Below, piece after piece: positions 28,511-38,900 of a stretch of 64,000 nucleotides of DNA. The stretch's first letter is position 1. Every line of letters begins with the position of its first letter. The notes under the pieces were generated by a model that was not told the origin of the DNA, made no database searches, and saw only the letters and a list, made by a program, of their open reading frames with translations. Origin of the DNA: an uncultured Eubacteriales bacterium (GTDB lineage Bacteria; Bacillota; Clostridia; Oscillospirales; CAG-272); the NCBI GenBank assembly GCA_900545935.1, contig URAP01000004.1:13808-77807 (forward strand). The letters are read 5' to 3'. The translations under genes and the position numbers were made by a program.

Positions 28511-28545
28511 GTCCTTAAGTGAATGCGGACTTGAACCTGCTTTTT
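28511..28545. repeat. attR-like site (gtccttaagtgaatgcggacttgaacctgcttttt)
   Basis: An inverted partner of 13900-13934 (26/35 identity), lying 45 nt downstream of the recombinase stop codon. Confidence 0.55.
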
Positions 28546-28815
28546 CGGTACTTGAGGAATATTATCTGCGTATGTTGGATGCGTAGCTTTGCCGGCTCTG
28601 CACTCGATAGAATTACGTCGAACCGATTACTTGACCGATATAAAGGAATGGCTCCCGTCAACTTATGTCAACAGGAGCGTTCACCGGCAAAGAACCGCAA
28701 TTTGGGTTGAAACGTGTTGAAAGGGTGCAGCTTCGGATCGAGGGCGTTTTTCGGTTTAATTGAAGCACTATCGGCGTACTATAACACTAAAATGCTGCTT
28801 TTTGCCAAGTTAGTT

Positions 28816-28902
28816 TGGTGCCGGTGGCGGGGGTCGAACCCGCACGGTATTGCTACCAACGGATTTTGAATCCGTCACGTCTGCCAATTCCATCACACCG
28901 GC
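28816..28902 (-). tRNA. tRNA-Leu (anticodon CAA)
   Basis: Hand-folded. The acceptor is GCCGGTG/CACCGGC. The anticodon stem ACGGA/TCCGT has the loop TTCAAAA. There is a long variable arm, a T arm GCGGG-TTCGACC-CCCGC, and an encoded CCA. Confidence 0.9.
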
Positions 28903-28991
28903 GTACTCGTATATAATACCATAGTACCGGCAAAAAATCAATAGCCGGGGAGAAATTTTCGGTAGGTCGTGATTATTTTTGATAAAACATA

Positions 28992-29020
28992 TTGACAAAT
29001 CACCCGCTTTGTGCTATAAT
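28992..29020 (+). promoter_or_regulatory. near-consensus promoter for tRNA-Gly
   Basis: TTGACA (28992-28997), a 17-nt spacer ending in TGc, then TATAAT (29015-29020). Confidence 0.65.
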
Positions 29021-29041
29021 TCAAACGTTCACCGATAATAT

Positions 29042-29115
29042 GCGAGTGTAGTTCAATGGTAGAATCCCAGCCTTCCAAGCTGGTCGCGTGGGTTCGATTC
29101 CCATCACTCGCTCCA
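29042..29115 (+). tRNA. tRNA-Gly (anticodon UCC)
   Basis: Hand-folded. The acceptor is GCGAGTG/CACTCGC. The anticodon stem CCAGC/GCTGG has the loop CTTCCAA. The T loop is TTCGATT and CCA is encoded. Confidence 0.9.
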
Positions 29116-29121
29116 TCATGC

Positions 29122-29154
29122 CACCGTAATCCGGAAGGATTACGGTGTTTTTTT
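29122..29154 (+). terminator. rho-independent terminator after tRNA-Gly
   Basis: An 11-bp stem (caccgtaatcc / ggattacggtg) with a GGAA loop, followed by a T7 run. Confidence 0.85.
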
Positions 29155-29330
29155 CTTTTTTTGTCGTATAGTTGTATGATTAAAAGAATACTGCGTTGCG
29201 GCGCCGATAAGGTTCGCGGTGCGGCAATTTGTTTTTAATTGATGCATATATCGAAAATCGGACTTTTATGATGAAAAATGAATTGCCTCACCGTTGATCA
29301 TCAGCCCGACCCGGCGAGCCTTTAACGAGC

Positions 29331-29993
29331 TTATACCTTCATAACAAAATGGCTTTTATGAAAATCAATAAGCCCCTCGCGGCGCAGTTTACCGAGCTCG
29401 AGCGAAAGCCCGCTGCGCTCGACCGCAAGGTAATCGGCGAGCTGCTGCCTTGAAAAGGGAATATCAAACTCATATTTTTCGAGTCGCTGCGCCTCTGCGG
29501 AGAGGTAGGACATCAGCTTTGCGCGCGTCGTGCGCTGCCCCGTATGTGTGAGCTTTCCCTCAAGATGCAGGTTTTTCTCGGCGAGCACGCCGAGCAGATT
29601 TCGGATAATACGGCTGTGATGCTCGCATGCGGACGGACAGATATTCAGAACACGCTTGACATTCAGAAACATTGCGATAACCGGCGTTTCTGCCGAGACG
29701 CTAACATTCAACACCGAGCCGGGCGCGCATGCATACGCGGCGGCAAAGGTCTGCCCCGGTCCCGACTTGGAGAGAATATTGCGGTTGCCCCAGATATCCT
29801 CCTGTATTATCAGAACGCTCCCCGACAGCACGAGACCAATCGATTCCGTCGTATCTCCGGCGCGAAGCAGAAATGTATCCTTCGGAAAGCTCTCGGTCTT
29901 TGTGTCGAGGCAGGTGAGCATGGCTGCGATCTCTTCCTCGGTAATTCCCAAAAATAGCTGAGATGAGCGAATAACGGATAAAAATTCTTTCAT
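29331..29993 (-). CDS. Crp/Fnr-family transcriptional regulator
   Basis: I prefer the start at MKEFLSVIRSSQLFLGITEEE (ATG at 29993). It has a cNMP-binding fold plus the C-terminal HTH FSRQQLADYLAVERSGLSLELGKLRREGLI. The 137-codon upstream extension in the track ORF overlaps the divergent promoter region. Confidence 0.85.
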   Translation of the reverse strand: MKEFLSVIRSSQLFLGITEEEIAAMLTCLDTKTESFPKDTFLLRAGDTTESIGLVLSGSVLIIQEDIWGNRNILSKSGPGQTFAAAYACAPGSVLNVSVSAETPVIAMFLNVKRVLNICPSACEHHSRIIRNLLGVLAEKNLHLEGKLTHTGQRTTRAKLMSYLSAEAQRLEKYEFDIPFSRQQLADYLAVERSGLSLELGKLRREGLIDFHKSHFVMKV

Positions 29994-30077
29994 ATAAATC
30001 TTCTTTCGTTGAAAATTCAACAGAATTGTTGTGTCTATTATACTATAATATACATAAAGAATCAAGGAGGCTATGTT

Positions 30078-30797
30078 ATGAAAAGAAGAATTATTGAGAT
30101 AGACAGAGATAAATGCAACGGCTGCGGCGCTTGTGCCGATGCTTGCCACGAGGGCGCGATAGCTATGGTCGACGGCAAGGCGCAGCTTATGCGCGACGAT
30201 TACTGCGACGGTCTCGGCGATTGCCTGCCGACCTGTCCCACCGGCGCGATCGCCTTTGTAGAGCGTGAAGCGGTCGCTTACGACGAAAAAACGGCTATGG
30301 AGAATAAGCAGAAAAGGATGCAGGAGAAGATGAAAAAAGAGGGAATGACTCTGCCGTGCGGCTGCCCGGGAACGCAGTCGAGAAGAATAGAGCGTGCGGA
30401 ACACACCGAGACAGAGCTCTCACGCGAATCTGTCAGCCGACTGTCGCAGTGGCCGGTGCAGATAAAGCTCGTCCCTGTGAATGCACCGTATTTTGACGGC
30501 GCAAAGCTGCTTATTGCCGCCGATTGTACGGCATACGCATATGCGGCATTTCACGAGCACTTTATCAGAGGGCATATTACCCTTGTCGGCTGCCCGAAGC
30601 TCGACAGTGTTGACTATTCGGAGAAGCTCACCGAAATTATCCGCAAAAATGACATCAAGAGTGTGACTGTTGTCCGGATGGAGGTCCCATGCTGCGGAGG
30701 ATTGGAGCACGCGGCAAAAACGGCATTGCAGAAGAGCGGAAAGTTTATTCCGTGGCAGGTCGTGACTATTTCTACCGACGGCAGGATACTTGACTGA
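30078..30797 (+). CDS. 4Fe-4S dicluster domain protein (ferredoxin-like N-terminus, Cys-rich C-terminal domain)
   Basis: Start at MKRRIIEIDRDKC after AGGAGG. It has two cluster motifs, CNGCGACADACHEGAI and CDGLGDCLPTCPTGAI. It is divergent from the Crp/Fnr gene. Confidence 0.85.
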   Translation: MKRRIIEIDRDKCNGCGACADACHEGAIAMVDGKAQLMRDDYCDGLGDCLPTCPTGAIAFVEREAVAYDEKTAMENKQKRMQEKMKKEGMTLPCGCPGTQSRRIERAEHTETELSRESVSRLSQWPVQIKLVPVNAPYFDGAKLLIAADCTAYAYAAFHEHFIRGHITLVGCPKLDSVDYSEKLTEIIRKNDIKSVTVVRMEVPCCGGLEHAAKTALQKSGKFIPWQVVTISTDGRILD

Positions 30798-30820
30798 CAT
30801 GATATTCGGGTACAACACGT

Positions 30821-30949
30821 AAACATGCCATAGGCGGCAACCGCCGATCTATAATGGGACGACGTGCAAATATGCCTCGGCGGAGGCCGCCGATTTATAA
30901 CCGCGCAAATATGCCATGCCTCGGCGGCAGCCTCCGCTCTATGCGGCGC
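30821..30949. repeat. three tandem degenerate 39-47-bp repeats, each with a GC-rich hairpin
   Basis: Each unit starts aaa(c/t)atgcc and contains ggcgg-N3/4-ccgcc (ggcggcaaccgcc, ggcggaggccgcc, ggcggcagcctccgc). The array sits immediately after the 4Fe-4S gene. Confidence 0.6.
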
Positions 30950-31461
30950 TGATCCGCTCAGATAGGCTCTGTGCAAATTATTATTCAGTCCGCTGTGACC
31001 GTTTTGTGTTTACAGCAGACTGATTCTGTTTATCCGGTCGTGATGGAGTGCCGTATACCCGCATAAGAAGATCGGCTCGTATCGAACCTGCATAGATTTT
31101 TTTGTTGATTTATCGGAAAGTCGAGACGGGATTCTTGTGAATGAGACGGCATGTGAGACTTTTTATCATAAAATGTCTTTCTTTTTACGATGTTATATGA
31201 TATAATACAAATATAAGCATGAAAAGTATCTCACAGTCGCAATGCGGCGATTTTTGATTTCTTGCCGTATCAAACGGTTGCCGACAATAGGACAAAGCAA
31301 TGGCAATTTGCGTTTTTATCCTATGCTTACAGGCTCGATGCGGTCTTAATGACATTCATGGCTTGAATATTTTATACCGGTTATGAAATTCAGTCCCGAT
31401 ACCGTCATCTGACGGAGCGGGAACGGATATACTTAATAAGAAAAAAGGAAGGCTTTCTCCA

Positions 31462-32145
31462 ATGAAAAAAATGAGCGGAATTCTATGGGGCATTGCAATA
31501 ACGGCGGTAGGCGTTATTCTCGCACTGAATGCCATCGGTCTTACAGACATCAATATCTTCTTTCACGGCTGGTGGACGCTGTTTATTATTGTTCCGTCCT
31601 TTATCGGTCTGGTCACCGACCGTAACAAGACCGGCAGTATAATCGGACTGTGCATCGGCGTTTGTCTGCTGCTCGGCTGCCTCGGAATACTCAGCCTCTC
31701 TATGGTGTGGAAGCTGCTCGTGCCCGCTGTGATAGTCGTGATAGGTGTTCGCCTGATAATCCGTGCGGTAATGCCGGATAAGGGCGCGAGGGTATGGAAG
31801 GATATCAAGATCGAGGGCGACAACGTAGGTCAGGGAAATGCAACCTTTTCCGGCGCAAAGCTGAATTATGACGGCAGAGCTTTCCACGGCGCGGAGCTTA
31901 ACGCGGTGTTCGGAGGTGTCGAGTGCGACCTGCGCGGCGCGACCTTTGAGGGCGACAGCGCTATCAACGCAAGCGCCATCTTCGGCGGCATTGATATTTT
32001 TGTGCCCGACGGGATAAACGTCTGTCTGCGTTCGAGCTCTATCTTCGGCGGCGCTTCCGACAAGCTCAACCGTCCGCATATCGAGGGCGCACCCACGTTA
32101 TATGTGAACGCGACCTGCGTTTTCGGAGGGCTTGAACTGAAATGA
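31462..32145 (+). CDS. LiaF-like cell-wall-stress membrane protein (DUF2154-type C-terminus)
   Basis: 227 aa with 4-5 TM segments followed by a beta-rich repeat region (AELNAVFGGVECDLRG...SAIFGGIDIFVPDG...SSIFGGASD). Confidence 0.7.
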   Translation: MKKMSGILWGIAITAVGVILALNAIGLTDINIFFHGWWTLFIIVPSFIGLVTDRNKTGSIIGLCIGVCLLLGCLGILSLSMVWKLLVPAVIVVIGVRLIIRAVMPDKGARVWKDIKIEGDNVGQGNATFSGAKLNYDGRAFHGAELNAVFGGVECDLRGATFEGDSAINASAIFGGIDIFVPDGINVCLRSSSIFGGASDKLNRPHIEGAPTLYVNATCVFGGLELK

Positions 32146-32966
32146 CATCCTTTCAGAAATTTATAAAATACTGTGCAATCGCACTGGCTGCCGTTATTAT
32201 CGTCTCGATCGTCGGCGGTGCCGCTTGGGGTATTTCGGCGATAGTCGGGCTTGCCGACGGCGTGCAGCGCGGTGAATATGAGGGGGCTGACGGAGATATG
32301 AATAGGTATTCTGTAAGCGGAGATATAACCGCAGTGATTATTGATGTGTCGGCTGCGCGGATCTGTGTCGGTACCGGCGAGACGTTGTCTCTTGAGAGCA
32401 CGATTTCCGACCTGACAGTAAAAAATGACGGCGGCAGACTTGTAATCAAGGACAAGAAACATATTATCTACAACAACAGCAACAAGAATACTGTCGATCT
32501 TACGCTCCCGGAGGGAATCACTCTCGACGAGCTCGATATAGACGGCGGTGCGGGAACGCTCGATGTAAGCGGTATCACCTCGCGCCGGCTGTCCGTTGAT
32601 ATCGGTGCAGGCAGTACCAGACTCTCGTCGCTGACCGTTACCGAGAGCGCGGATATAGACGGCGGCGCGGGCAGACTGGTCATTGACGGCTGCGATATTA
32701 CCGCTCTTGACTTTGATATGGGAACCGGAAAGGCGGTGCTTGACTGCCGTCTGTCCGGAGATTGCAGCATAGATCAGGGCGTAGGAGCGCTCGAGCTCAC
32801 GCTCCGCGGCACCCCGAACGACTATCGCATCAAGCTCGATAAGGGTATCGGCTCGGCAAGGCTCGGCGGCTCCGGCGTGGGAGACGGGACCTATGGCAGC
32901 GGTGCCTGTACCGTTGATCTGGACGGCGGTATCGGTTCGATGATCATCGACTTTGCTGAGGATTGA
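32142..32966 (+). CDS. DUF4097-family beta-strand repeat protein (LiaG-like putative adhesin)
   Basis: 274 aa with an N-terminal TM segment and repeated DIDGGAG / DLDGGIG beta-helix-like units. Its start overlaps the LiaF-like stop by 4 nt. Confidence 0.7.
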   Translation: MTSFQKFIKYCAIALAAVIIVSIVGGAAWGISAIVGLADGVQRGEYEGADGDMNRYSVSGDITAVIIDVSAARICVGTGETLSLESTISDLTVKNDGGRLVIKDKKHIIYNNSNKNTVDLTLPEGITLDELDIDGGAGTLDVSGITSRRLSVDIGAGSTRLSSLTVTESADIDGGAGRLVIDGCDITALDFDMGTGKAVLDCRLSGDCSIDQGVGALELTLRGTPNDYRIKLDKGIGSARLGGSGVGDGTYGSGACTVDLDGGIGSMIIDFAED

Positions 32967-33116
32967 GCGATTCGGCGGCTTTGCCGAAACCGTGCTGCGG
33001 CTGATATGGAGATGGATATCCTTGATCTGTCGGGCTTGCCTTATGTAGGATATGCCGCGCCGGAGCGCGGTATACGACCGCTTGTCAATGATAGGGTCGT
33101 AACGTAAATATATGAA

Positions 33117-33177
33117 AATACTGCGGAGCAGCTGTTTTATCGACGGCTGTCCGCAGTATTTTTCGTTTTTTTCGCTC
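33117..33177. terminator. bidirectional terminator between convergent genes
   Basis: About a 15-bp stem (aatactgcggagcagc / gctgtccgcagtatt, with one bulge). T runs follow on the plus strand and an A-rich tract precedes it. Confidence 0.75.
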
Positions 33178-33302
33178 TATTGCCGTCGCGGACGCGCCGA
33201 TTTTCGGCATGGATATGTGAGGAACGATAGAGGAATGATAAAATATTATTCGGCTTATGCGGCGTGCGGAAGATCGGTCGGAAGCTCCGTCCGACGCTTT
33301 GA

Positions 33303-35039
33303 TTATTCCTCCACCATCGGCGGAGTAAAGCTCTCGATGGCGGCGCGCAGTTTCGGGTGGTGTATTACGAAATGGATGGCGGGTGCATTGCTCTTGGATA
33401 TCATAGCCCACCGTCCTTCATGGATGAGTATACATAGATTTCTGAACGGATTTGCCGCGGTGAGCGTGACGGTATAGTTCGGGTGCTCTTCCGCAAAGCT
33501 AAGGGTCTGCTCGATATGCTCACGGTATTCGTCGGGCGTGTATGTGATATCATGCCCGTAGAAAAGCCCCGAGAGCGGGAGCACAGCCGGGTGACGTGAG
33601 AATTCTTCGTCGTTTAGCTGAGGTATTTCATCCTCTATCGTGCCGACGGTAAGTAACTGCTCGGAACGCTTGAGCTGCGATGCGGCATATTCGTGTATCC
33701 TTGCACGTTCCTCTTCGGATACCGAATTTCTGCGCAGTATGTGCTCGAGCATATCGGGAGAAATGGTGTATATCGGCGGTGCAGAGAGAATGCTGCGCCT
33801 GCGTCCGTTCTGCTTCAGGTCGGTGAGCAGAAAGGCGCTCAGCTCGCCCGCGCGTTCCTCTCGATAGATCTCCATCAGCGGAGTTGCGTTTTTCAGCAGA
33901 TCGTCCGCGCGCCGGCGGTAGTAGGCTATGTCCTCCTTGGTCTTTGAGAGATAGTACCGCCCGTCCGAATGATATCCGGCAATAGCCTCACCCGATAGTG
34001 CGGCGGCTCCCGAAACACGCAGAAAGTGATTAAAGGCACCGCTCTGCGGCGAACGCAGGTAATACGGAGATATCTGACCGGTCATGTACATCGGTATCCA
34101 GCTCTCGAGACCGAGCATCATCTCGTCGAACGAGCGTTCGAGGTTGTGGATATTATTCAGGTGCAGTCCCTTTTTCAGCATCATAGCCATGCCGAACATC
34201 CATTTCTTCGGGAATTCGGGGTCTTTCGCCATTTCCGTCATCGGCATATCGCTGTACAGCGTGACCGGCTCTGTCGATTTTGAAAGCACCGTCGCCTTGA
34301 GAAAGTCGAGCTCGCTGTCCATCATCTCTCGAAGCCCGTAGTACATTTTAGAGGTCGGGAGCTGAAAAGGAAGCGTCGGTACCTTCAGCTCGTCGAATTT
34401 GATAGCTTTAATATACACACCGAGGTCAAAGCTGTCGAGCTTTGCAAGAAATCCCGAGATGCTGCTTTCTTTCTGCTCTCCGGTACTGCCGCCGAGCAGC
34501 CAGTCACGCAGACGGGTAAAGCGTACCGAGCGGTCTGATAGCTCGTCCGGCTCCGCCCCTATCAAATGTGCGAGGACCTGAAGGTCGGTCTCGGAATCAA
34601 GCTCATGAGCGGTAAATGCGGCGACGTCAGATGCAAAATGCTCCGGATCTGACGGCTGTCTCTCGCCGCTGCGAAAACGGAAAACGGTCGATACATCGTA
34701 GTTTGCCTGACGGCATAGCTTTGAGATGTTCAGACCGGCAGCGGATATGAGGGCTGAAAAATTTGCCCTGAGCTGCTCCTTGTCGGTGGTCTTTATATCA
34801 TCACAGGCGAGAAAGCTCTCGCGTATCTCCGCTTCGCTCGGCATATCTGCCTCCGATGATGCCGGTGCGGCAAGCGCGGCGCACAGCTTCATCAGCTGCT
34901 CCGAGTCTGCTTCCGGTACGCGTTCTCCAGAGCGATAGCGGCTGAGTGTAGCGGGGGAAATGCCCGAGACTGCACTGAGCTCCTTTGCGGTACAGCCCGC
35001 CGCGGTGATATATTCATTCAGCTTCTCATTGAATTTCAT
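33303..35039 (-). CDS. 578-aa XRE-family HTH regulator with a large uncharacterised C-terminal domain
   Basis: The N-terminus LNEYITAAGCTAKELSAVSGISPATLSRYRSGERVP is a canonical HTH_3. A second HTH-like segment is LCRQANYDVSTVFRFRSGERQP. Confidence 0.75.
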   Translation of the reverse strand: MKFNEKLNEYITAAGCTAKELSAVSGISPATLSRYRSGERVPEADSEQLMKLCAALAAPASSEADMPSEAEIRESFLACDDIKTTDKEQLRANFSALISAAGLNISKLCRQANYDVSTVFRFRSGERQPSDPEHFASDVAAFTAHELDSETDLQVLAHLIGAEPDELSDRSVRFTRLRDWLLGGSTGEQKESSISGFLAKLDSFDLGVYIKAIKFDELKVPTLPFQLPTSKMYYGLREMMDSELDFLKATVLSKSTEPVTLYSDMPMTEMAKDPEFPKKWMFGMAMMLKKGLHLNNIHNLERSFDEMMLGLESWIPMYMTGQISPYYLRSPQSGAFNHFLRVSGAAALSGEAIAGYHSDGRYYLSKTKEDIAYYRRRADDLLKNATPLMEIYREERAGELSAFLLTDLKQNGRRRSILSAPPIYTISPDMLEHILRRNSVSEEERARIHEYAASQLKRSEQLLTVGTIEDEIPQLNDEEFSRHPAVLPLSGLFYGHDITYTPDEYREHIEQTLSFAEEHPNYTVTLTAANPFRNLCILIHEGRWAMISKSNAPAIHFVIHHPKLRAAIESFTPPMVEE

Positions 35040-35165
35040 GGCATTGACCTCTGCATTATTTGTTTATTCCTCCGTTATTTTCTATTATAACCGTTATTTT
35101 TCTGAAATACAAGAGCATTTTTTTCAGTGATTTCAAAAATGACATTTGACAAATCGGAAATTCTG

Positions 35166-35517
35166 TTGAAAAATCGGAGCTCGGCGGTATATTATATACG
35201 AAAGGACGTGTCGAAAGACCGCCCGGCAAGCTGCGTGCCGCCGTGAGTGCAGAACGCATATATTGTCTGTTTCCCGGGCTTTATCCGTCATACCGCGTCT
35301 TTATTGCGGGATATTTGAATTACGCGATAGAGCACGGATTTGCGGCTTGAATCCGCATTGCTCTTGACGGTAAGGATCCGTGCTGATATGTGCGACGGCG
35401 GCATAGTTTATGCTTGATTTCTTTCAATATAATAATGTTCTCAAAAGAGCGTCGCTTATTTTATGCGCTTGCCCGTATCCTTTGCACCGAGCCTTGTATT
35501 ATATGGCTCGGTTTTTT
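35166..35517 (+). ncRNA. candidate orphan transcription unit (sRNA or cis-regulatory RNA) in the 920-bp intergenic region
   Basis: Promoter-like TTGAAA-16nt-TATATT (35166-35193). Mutually exclusive stems follow: agagca/tgctct versus agcacggat/atccgtgct, around a tgcgg-cttgaat-ccgca hairpin (35328-35392). A clean terminator accgagcc/ggctcggt+T6 lies at 35486-35517. I see no SD-preceded ORF. Confidence 0.3.
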
Positions 35518-35820
35518 GATCAAAATGATAACCGATCGGATATTTCACATCAAATAAACATATAATGGCAACGGATGCAGAGGAGTGTCGGGATTGATTC
35601 ATATTCATTTTTTCCCCCAATTGTCGAAATATGTAATGTTAAAATGCACAGAAAAGTTGCACAAATTTTGTGCCGTTTGTAGTCATTTACGACCCGATTC
35701 ATATTGCGTTAAAAAGGCAGAAAACCTTATAAAATAAGGCTTTTCGACGCTTTGGAGGAGATGTACAAGACGGACTTATTTTTGTTTGTGTATATTTAAT
35801 AAAAAATGTGTGAAAATCGG

Positions 35821-35849
35821 TTGACATAAGCGCTAAATTATGATACAAT
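35821..35849 (+). promoter_or_regulatory. near-consensus promoter of giant protein 1
   Basis: TTGACA, a 17-nt spacer, then TACAAT. There is about 110 nt of leader before the ATG at 35963. Confidence 0.6.
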
Positions 35850-35962
35850 TACAAGCGTAAGCCGAGTGTATCGGCATGTACAAATCTGAATTTGCCCGGC
35901 GGAGAGAAAGTGGGTGTGATTCTCCGAAGGCAAACCAAAAATTCTTTATAGGAGAAGAAAGT

Positions 35963-38900
35963 ATGAAGAAAACATTCAAAAAAGTGCTTTCGACAGTAGT
36001 TGCTTCACTGTTTGTACTTCAGTCTGCTGCACTTGCCGCTGTAAGCGTCGGCGCAGTTGATGCAAATGTACTTAAGTATACGCCTACTATCGATGGTGTG
36101 CTTGACAATGCTTATCTCAACTCGGCTAAGGTCGATCTTGATACAAGCAAAGTCGCAGGTATGGGTACAAGCCCGAATTTAAAGGGTACTGCTTATTACC
36201 TTTGGGATGGCGGCTACCTCTATATGGCAGCAGAGATCACGGGAGATCCTAAGCTTGAAGCTACCGGAAATTCTCCGTGGACCGACAGTGCTGCTTTCAC
36301 CTTCTTCAAAAAGGGCGAGGAGCAGGTAGAGGCAGGCAGAATTGTAGTCGAGCCGATGGAGGGTACGTTCCAGTTCAGCAACACGAACGGCACCGCATGC
36401 GGTAGCAACCTTCCTGCGGTAGGAACCACTGCTAAGATCAGTGATTACAGCAGCGAAGTTGCGTACACCGCAGATACCGTAAAGGGTACATATATCGTTG
36501 AGGCAAGGATGAAGTTTGATTCCGCTGCTGCCGGAACTCAGTACAGCATCAACTTCGGTGCGCTTGACGGACAGAATTATGCTGTTATCGGTGACTGGGG
36601 ATGGGCAGGCCCCGTAGGCGGCACGCTTACACTCAGCTCCGAGGAGTATATTGACGCTCCTACGACCGTAGCTAAGTACACACCCGAGCTTGACGGCGTT
36701 AAGGATAAGGCATACGATGCATCTATCTCTCATGCAGTTGAGGGTGTAACATATAACTTCCTCTATGATGATAGTTATATTTACCTCTATGCAGAGGGCA
36801 CGATGACTGTTGACGCTACCTCTTATCTGAACATCACTTTTACCGGTACTCCGGTAAATGCAGGTGTTATAACCAGCGAAGGCATTAACTTTATTATTCA
36901 GCCTTTCCACAACCCGACCTCCGGTGTTGTAGGTAATGTTCAGACATGGCAGGCCATCGGCGGCGGTCAGGCCAACATGGGCTCTAACCTCGCAAAAGAC
37001 GCTTCCGCTGCGACCGAGTTCAAGATCACGGTAGACGGCGGCAAATTTACCGCTGAGGTAAGAGTTGCAAACGCAACCGCACTCGATAAGGTCGTTGCTT
37101 TTGCAAACGGCGTTTACAATGCCGGCACTCTTACCGCCGGTGAGGGCGACTACTGGAAATTCTGGGGCGACGGCTCTGCTCCTAAGTATACCGCTCTGAC
37201 CCTCGGTGAGGCTTATAATCCCGGTCATACTCACACCTTCGAGGATGAGTTCACCGTTGATGAGGCTGCTACCTGTCTTAAGGTTGGTTCCAAGTCCCGT
37301 CACTGCGTAGATTTTGATACCTGCGGCGGCAAGACCGACGTTACCGAGATCCCCGTTATCGACCATAATATCGAGAACGGTGTCTGCACTATGTGCGGTA
37401 TGCTGCTTATTCAGCGCGGCACACCTACAATCGACGGTGTTGTCGATGCTGCTTATGCTACCACCGGAAGCAATACCGTTAACAGCGGTACCGTTAAGTT
37501 CCTCTGGGACGATAACTATATCTATGCTATCGTAACCACCAAGGAGACTGATGCTAAGGTCACTGTTGAGAGTATCTCCGATCTTTGGGGTCATACCATC
37601 GGCATGGGCATTGATTTTGCAAGCAGAACCTTAACTCCCGCTTCTGATGATTGGACCTATATTACTCTTAATAATAAGGGTACTTTTGCACAGAACCTCT
37701 ATTTGAAAGATAAGCTTGTCGGTGTCGAGGGCGTTGATTATGCTTTCGGCTCAGACGCTGATACAAACATCTTCGAGATAAAGATTGCGACCGATACCGC
37801 TTTCCTCGATCAGAACGATTATGTTGTCGGATTTGGCTCCGGCGCATGCGACGAGAACCTTTGGAAGTGGAACGGTACTATCTATAACGGCGGTGATGCT
37901 GCAAAGGGCACCGGTCTCAAGACCCTGTTTGCTCATGCGGCAAGCTGTGACAAGGTATTCTCCGCGGATTATACCGTTGTTGTAGCTCCTACCTGCACCG
38001 AGGTCGGTTACAAGGCACGCCTCTGCGCATGCGGCGTTACCACCGACGTTACCACCGTTCCCGCACTCGGACACACTTTCGTTAACGGAAAGTGCTCTGT
38101 CTGCGGCACTATCGAGGTTGCAGTTCCTAATACAAGTGTTCCTTACGTAACTGCTGCAGTTGACGGTGTTAAGGACGCAGCTTACGATTCCGGTGTTAAG
38201 TATTATGTAAACGGTGCTACCGCTTACCTCCTCTACGACAAGGATTACTTCTATGTATACGTTGAGGCTGATGAGGGTGAGAATGTAACCTACTTCACTC
38301 TCGGTAACCCCGACAAGACCGATACAGTTGGTCCTTTCTGGTCTCACACTGCTTCCGTTAAGTTTGACTTCAATGCTAAGAATGTTACCACCAAGGGATG
38401 GGAGTACGGTGTCTTCAATCAGAACGGACAGTCCACATTTGCGGATAACATTTCCGTAGACGGCGGCGATACTTGCCTTGCAAAGGCAGGAACCGATTAT
38501 GTATTTGCTGACGGCGCTAAGGCTGCCGAGCTTAAGATCCATATCGGCGAGGGCTATGCTACTAACAACTACGCAGGCAGAGCCTATGTAGGCAGCACTA
38601 TCTACTCCATCGGTTTCGGAACCGAGACCGACGGTATCAATCTTACGGGTGGCGCACTCCATGCTCAGGTTATTAACGGCAAGTGCACTCCTCTTACTCT
38701 TGCAAGATGTCTTAACGGCTGCACCGCAGCTGAAGCTCGCGTTGTCATCACCGAGCCTACCTGCCACTCTGTCGGTACCTCTGCTGAGGTCTGCGCAGTC
38801 TGCGGCGGCATAATTGAGGGCAGCGAGCAGGAAATCGCTATGACCGAGCACAACTGGGCATACGAGATCGATGTTGCGCCTACCTGCACAACAGAGGGCT

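Noticed and set aside
28521-28545. The sequence ggttcaagtcc (minus strand) within the attR-like site, resembling a tRNA T-loop, which would suggest a duplicated tRNA 3' end
   Set aside because: The flanking bases do not form a T-stem (gcagg versus ccgca). There is no acceptor or CCA, and it does not match the adjacent tRNA-Leu T arm. The inverted-repeat att interpretation fits better.
28810-28998. 62-aa minus-strand ORF
   Set aside because: It overlaps the tRNA-Leu gene almost completely and is a spurious translation of a structural RNA.
29994-30404. 137-codon N-terminal extension of the Crp/Fnr ORF (the track start at 30404)
   Set aside because: The extension overlaps the divergent 4Fe-4S gene and its promoter region, and it has no similarity to Crp-family N-termini. 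The ATG at 29993 gives a normal 220-aa regulator.
30821-30949. Possible CRISPR array
   Set aside because: There are only three units. Repeat and spacer lengths are irregular, there are no unique spacers of defined length, and no cas genes are present in the window.
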